The notes below the pieces were generated by a model, which was given only the letters and a program-made list of their open reading frames with translations, was not told the origin of the DNA and searched no databases. Source: Actinomycetota bacterium (GTDB lineage Bacteria > Actinomycetota > Actinomycetes > Actinomycetales > Microbacteriaceae). Taken from it: DNA of 64,000 nt. A program made the position numbers and the translations under genes. Each line of letters begins with the position of its first letter. Position 1 is the first letter of the stretch. This document shows, in pieces, positions 60,045 through 64,000 of the stretch. The stretch is from the NCBI GenBank assembly GCA_041178805.1, contig JBEGUQ010000001.1, positions 3,664-67,663 of the forward strand, in the 5' to 3' direction.

Positions 60045-60114
60045 GCGCGAAACCCAGAACGCCGTCCGTCCGGACGGCCCTCTGGGTCCACTACCGCAGG
60101 CTATTGCCCTTGAT
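60042..60114 (-). ncRNA. Structured ncRNA candidate convergent with the DUF3800-like gene (DUF3800 RNA motif-like)
   Basis: GGC-AAUA-GCC hairpin, then nested stems GGACCCAGAG/UUCUGGGUUU and GCCGUCC-GGAC-GGACGGC; G-U pairs favour the minus strand; has its own promoter motif. Confidence 0.6.
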
Positions 60115-60120
60115 GTCAAT

Positions 60121-60142
60121 AAGATAACTCAAGCCACCGACA
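60121..60142 (-). promoter_or_regulatory. PafBC-type promoter pointing into the ncRNA
   Basis: Minus strand TGTCGG-TGGCTTGAGT-TATCTT is an exact TGTCGG-N10-TA-N3-T. Confidence 0.65.
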
Positions 60143-60185
60143 TTTTCAATGTCTATCAATCCCGCGATTCGGCTACCCTTATCGC

Positions 60186-60623
60186 ATGGTAAATCCAGAC
60201 ATTCAAGGTAAGCGCTATCCAAGGACACCCAGCTATCTCGTGGGTCGCGAGAAGGTGCGCGAATTTGCAAAAGCCGTCATGGCAGCCAAAGAATCTCAAG
60301 ACCTTGGATTCGCGCAAGCTAAGGGCTATGCAGACCTAGTTGTGCCGCCAACGTTCCCAGTTGTGATTCAGGAGCAAAGCCTTTCGCTAGTCCTCTCGGA
60401 TCCTGAGGCCAAGATCGACTTTTCCCGAGTAGTTCACGGTGACCAGCGCTTTGTTTACCAGCGGCCAATCATCGCTGGCGATGAACTAACCTCCGAGCTA
60501 ACCGTTGCCAGCGTCAAAAGCCTTGGCGGAAACCACATGGTTACTTTCGAGACCGAGATTTTTGATGCTGCGGAAAAGCTTGTCTGCACCGCAATTTCAA
60601 CCCTGGTTGTGAGGGGAGAGTAA
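60186..60623 (+). CDS. MaoC/HadA-like hotdog-fold dehydratase subunit
   Basis: VGREKVREFA, PPTF, VVHGDQRF. Confidence 0.88.
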   Translation: MVNPDIQGKRYPRTPSYLVGREKVREFAKAVMAAKESQDLGFAQAKGYADLVVPPTFPVVIQEQSLSLVLSDPEAKIDFSRVVHGDQRFVYQRPIIAGDELTSELTVASVKSLGGNHMVTFETEIFDAAEKLVCTAISTLVVRGE

Positions 60624-61039
60624 TGTCAAAGTTTGAGGAACTAACCGTTGGCGATGTCGTCGCCCAGCAGGATTACAAGATCACCCGAGACTCCCTAGTT
60701 CGCTACGCCGGAGCATCTGGAGATTTCAACACCATTCACTACCGTGATGACATCGCCCAAGCGGTCGGCTTGCCAGGGGTTCTAGCCCACGGAATGTTGA
60801 CCATGGGTATTTCTATCCAACCGGTGGTCTCTTGGGTCGGAGACGCAGGTCAGGTTGTGGAGTACGGAGTTAGATTCACCAAGCCAGTTGTGGTTCCAGC
60901 TCAGGGTCACGCAGAGTTGAATGTCAAAGCAACCATTGGTGCTTTGGACGAAGAAGCTAAGCGAGCTCGTATTGACCTCACCACCACCTTTGAAGAGACC
61001 ACAGTATTGGGCAAGGCCCAGGCTTGGGTGCAGTTTTGA
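60623..61039 (+). CDS. MaoC/HadB-like dehydratase
   Basis: YAGASGDFNTIH...AHGM hydratase motif. Confidence 0.9.
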   Translation: MSKFEELTVGDVVAQQDYKITRDSLVRYAGASGDFNTIHYRDDIAQAVGLPGVLAHGMLTMGISIQPVVSWVGDAGQVVEYGVRFTKPVVVPAQGHAELNVKATIGALDEEAKRARIDLTTTFEETTVLGKAQAWVQF

Positions 61040-62076
61040 CTCAAATCCCAACTGAGGTAATGGCCAATTACACCACCATGCAGGTTGGTGGAAAGCCAAA
61101 ATCTCTAACCAAATGTGAGAGTGCAAAAGAGCTCTACGAAACAGTGCTTTCGGCTTGGCATGAAGAGGCGAACTACCAGATTCTGGCTGGTGGATCCAAT
61201 ACTGTTTTCGCCGACGAAATCTCAAATCTCGATGTGATTTTGGTTGCCAATCTCGGCAAAGAAATCATCAGTGAAACCGACACCTCGGTCACCGTTCGCG
61301 TGCAAGCTGGTGAGAGCTGGGACGAGTTTGTGGCTTGGGCAGTTGAGCACGGCTATGCCGGTATCGAGGCAATGAGCGGCATCCCAGGAAGCGTTGGGGC
61401 AACTCCAGTTCAGAACGTTGGTGGTTACGGCCAAGAGGTCTCCGAAACCATCAAGTGGATTGAGTTTTTGGACTTTGAGACTTTTGAGGTTGAGGTCAAG
61501 CCGGCCGAATTCTTTGAGTTTTCCTACCGAGACAGCGCGCTGAAGCACGGTCTTCGCGGGGTGATCGGCTGGGTCGAGTTTGAGCTTCAGAAGCTTGGCG
61601 GTCTGAGTGTTCCAATGGCCTCGGGCCAGATTACAAATCACCTTGGTGAGCCTTACGGATCGCAGTTACCGCTGCAGGTAGTGCGCGACACCGTCATTGA
61701 GCTTCGTGCATCCAAGGGCATGGTTGTTCAGACTTCTGACCCTTCGAGCGTTAGTTGCGGCAGCTTCTTTACTAACCCTGTCGTCACCCGCATGAAGGCA
61801 TTGGATTTCCCTCAGGACATGCAAAAGTGGTCCATGGAAGATGGCGAGAAATACAAGCTTTCTGCCGGCTGGTTGATTGAAAACTCCGGTATTCCAAAGG
61901 GTTATTCATTGCCTGGATCAAAGGCCAAGGTGAGCGATAAGCACGCGCTTGCGATCACCAATGGCGGGGGAGCGAAGTCCCAAGAAATCATCGAACTTGC
62001 AAGGTTTATTCAGGAGCGAGTAGCAGCAACCTGGGGCATAAACCTGGTGCCTGAACCTAACTTGATTGGGTTTTAG
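61036..62076 (+). CDS. murB: UDP-N-acetylenolpyruvoylglucosamine reductase
   Basis: [40 protein letters not shown]. Confidence 0.95.
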   Translation: MTQIPTEVMANYTTMQVGGKPKSLTKCESAKELYETVLSAWHEEANYQILAGGSNTVFADEISNLDVILVANLGKEIISETDTSVTVRVQAGESWDEFVAWAVEHGYAGIEAMSGIPGSVGATPVQNVGGYGQEVSETIKWIEFLDFETFEVEVKPAEFFEFSYRDSALKHGLRGVIGWVEFELQKLGGLSVPMASGQITNHLGEPYGSQLPLQVVRDTVIELRASKGMVVQTSDPSSVSCGSFFTNPVVTRMKALDFPQDMQKWSMEDGEKYKLSAGWLIENSGIPKGYSLPGSKAKVSDKHALAITNGGGAKSQEIIELARFIQERVAATWGINLVPEPNLIGF

Positions 62077-63272
62077 CTAAACAGTTTCTGCAAGCGCTGA
62101 ATGCCGGCAACCAACTGGTCATCGCCTAGTGCGTAGCTGAGGCGAACATATCCCGAAGGTCCAAACGCTTCACCCGGAACCATTGCAACTTCTGCTGCAT
62201 CAAGCGCGTAGTCGCAAAGTTCTAGCGAGCTGTTGATCTGCTTGCCACCCCAGGTCTTACCCAAAAGACCAGAGACGTCGCTATAGATGTAGAAGGCACC
62301 CTTTGGGGTCGGAGTCACAACACCTGGAACCTTGTTCATCTCCGAAACGGCAAGCTGTCTGCGGCGATCAAAGGCAGCGAGCATGTCCTTCACCGGCTGT
62401 TGGTCGCCAGTTAGAGCCGCAAGTGCTGCACGCTGGGAAATGTTAGAAACGTTCGAAGACAAGTGCGACTGCAAGTTTGCAGCAGCCTTGGCTGCATCCA
62501 GAGGTGCAACCATCCAGCCCAAGCGCCAACCGGTCATCGCGTAGGTCTTGGCAACACCGTTGACCATGATGGTGCGGTCAGCTAGCTCTGGAACCAACTC
62601 GGTGATCGAGTAGGCGTAAAGGCCGTCGTAGGTGAGATTCTGGTAAATCTCGTCCGAAACCACCCAGAGGTTTGGCTTCGATGCCACCCACTGGCCAATC
62701 GCCAAGATTTCCTCTTTGGTGTAAACCGCACCGGTTGGGTTTGAAGGTGAGCAAAGCAATAGTGCCTTGGTCTTCGAGGTGTAAGCAGCCTCTAGCTGGG
62801 CAACTGTGACCTTGTAGTCCTGGTCACTTCCAGCGAATACGTCGACCTGCTTGCCGCCGGCAAGCTTGATTGCCTCCGGGTAGGTGGTCCAGTAAGGAGC
62901 TGGAACCAAAACTTCGTCCTGCGGGTCCAAGATCACAGCAAATGCCTGGTAAACGGCTTGCTTTCCACCGTTGGTGACAATTACCTGTGCCGCAGTTACC
63001 TCGGTGCCGGAGTCACGCTTGGTCTTCTCCACGATGGCTTCGCGAAGTTCTGGCAGACCAGCCGCCGGGGTGTAGCGGTGGTTCTTAGGGTCGCGGACCG
63101 CCAAAACAGCGGCCTCAACGATGTGCTGCGGGGTAGCAAAATCTGGCTCTCCAGCAGCAAAAGAAATGACATCCTTGCCCTCAGCTTTGAGGGCTTTTGC
63201 CTTGGCATCAACCTTTAGAGTTGCACTCTCGGCGATGGCAGCGATTCTTTGGGAAATTCGGTTTGCGGACAT
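62073..63272 (-). CDS. aspC: Aspartate aminotransferase (class I PLP)
   Basis: [30 protein letters not shown]; TATCCT box 7 nt before ATG 63272. Confidence 0.88.
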   Translation of the reverse strand: MSANRISQRIAAIAESATLKVDAKAKALKAEGKDVISFAAGEPDFATPQHIVEAAVLAVRDPKNHRYTPAAGLPELREAIVEKTKRDSGTEVTAAQVIVTNGGKQAVYQAFAVILDPQDEVLVPAPYWTTYPEAIKLAGGKQVDVFAGSDQDYKVTVAQLEAAYTSKTKALLLCSPSNPTGAVYTKEEILAIGQWVASKPNLWVVSDEIYQNLTYDGLYAYSITELVPELADRTIMVNGVAKTYAMTGWRLGWMVAPLDAAKAAANLQSHLSSNVSNISQRAALAALTGDQQPVKDMLAAFDRRRQLAVSEMNKVPGVVTPTPKGAFYIYSDVSGLLGKTWGGKQINSSLELCDYALDAAEVAMVPGEAFGPSGYVRLSYALGDDQLVAGIQRLQKLFS

Positions 63273-63484
63273 GCCTAACAGGATACTTAGGTTTGGGTGC
63301 ATTCGGGCCAGAATTCCCGTTGCATATCCCCGCTTTTACCCCTAAACTCTTTCAAGTTGACATCTGCCCAAACTAATCTGGCGAAAAATTCAAACTATTA
63401 GATCCAATCTAGAAGTCTGTCTTTCCCAGGTGACACTTGAAACCAAGCCTCGTGTCTGTTCAGGTTGATGTAGATGGCAACGAT

Positions 63485-63557
63485 AGGGCGGTAGTTCAAT
63501 TGGTAGAGCAGCGGTCTCCAAAACCGCAAGTTGCAGGTTCGAGTCCTGTCCGCCCTG
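63485..63557 (+). tRNA. tRNA-Trp(CCA)
   Basis: AGGGCGG/CCGCCCT acceptor stem, GCGGT-CTCCAAA-ACCGC; precedes secE. Confidence 0.96.
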
Positions 63558-63579
63558 CGCTAACAAAGAAGGATGACAA

Positions 63580-63843
63580 ATGTCAGAAGAGACACAGAAG
63601 GCCTCTGAAGACTTAGTAGAAGCCGCGAAAGCGGAAAAAGCTAAGACCAAGAACCCGCTTCAGCGCGGCACGCTGTTTTTCCGTCAGGTAGTTGCAGAGC
63701 TCGGTAAGGTCACCCGACCAACCCGCAAAGAGCTAATCAACTACACCGGTGTGGTGCTCGGCTTCGTGGCAGTAGTGATGGCAATCATCAGCGGCCTGGA
63801 CTGGGTCTTCTACAACGTTGTCACCTTCGTATTTGCAGGATAA
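63580..63843 (+). CDS. secE: Preprotein translocase subunit SecE
   Basis: ELGKVTRPTRKEL plus a single TM; trp-secE-nusG synteny. Confidence 0.95.
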   Translation: MSEETQKASEDLVEAAKAEKAKTKNPLQRGTLFFRQVVAELGKVTRPTRKELINYTGVVLGFVAVVMAIISGLDWVFYNVVTFVFAG

Positions 63844-63853
63844 AGAGGAATTT

Positions 63854-64000
63854 GTGTCAGACCTAAACTTCAGCGACACCGAGGAAACTGAGCCAATGGC
63901 TCAGTCCGAGGACGCAGTGAACGAGAACACCGACCTAGACGAGGCCGACCTAGACCTCGCAGAGGTTGAGGCAGAGCACGAGCTCGACGGTTTCCAAATC
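63854..64000 (+). CDS. nusG: NusG (partial, acidic N-terminal extension only)
   Basis: GAGG SD, GTG and an open acidic frame directly after secE; the call rests on synteny. Confidence 0.7.
   Translation, partial: MSDLNFSDTEETEPMAQSEDAVNENTDLDEADLDLAEVEAEHELDGFQI

Noticed and set aside
59484-60185. rpmG expected between tRNA-Met and hadA
   Set aside because: No L33-like ORF is present; it may be encoded elsewhere, so loss cannot be inferred

Overview
Core chromosome of an actinobacterium. Gene order, compact spacing, CTA-rich Leu usage and many leaderless genes suggest a streamlined Microbacteriaceae of the Aquiluna/Rhodoluna type (inference). Housekeeping content: folB-folK-panC-lysS-clpC, radA, proC, bS22, a short aspS, system II cytochrome c maturation (ccdA broken by an internal deletion), the menaquinone cluster, fprA, manA, yajQ, a LacI regulator, a maltose/maltodextrin cluster (three GH13 enzymes, two binding proteins), hadAB-like genes, murB, an aspartate aminotransferase, secE and the start of nusG, plus tRNA-Tyr, -Thr, -Met and -Trp. 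Two accessory blocks stand out. (1) An ~11.4 kb block after tRNA-Tyr holds two NarL-type two-component systems, each divergent from BspA-type LRR surface-protein genes (three mosaic paralogs). It has palindromic operator candidates and is flanked by two closely similar terminators. (2) A ~660 bp cassette after tRNA-Met holds a DUF3800-like (RNase H-like) gene with a +1 frameshift just after its start codon and a convergent structured ncRNA candidate. Gene and RNA each sit behind a PafBC-type DNA-damage promoter motif with the same geometry as the one before radA in this window. Block 2 is my best candidate for an undescribed system. All calls come from reading the sequence by eye; no database searches were run.
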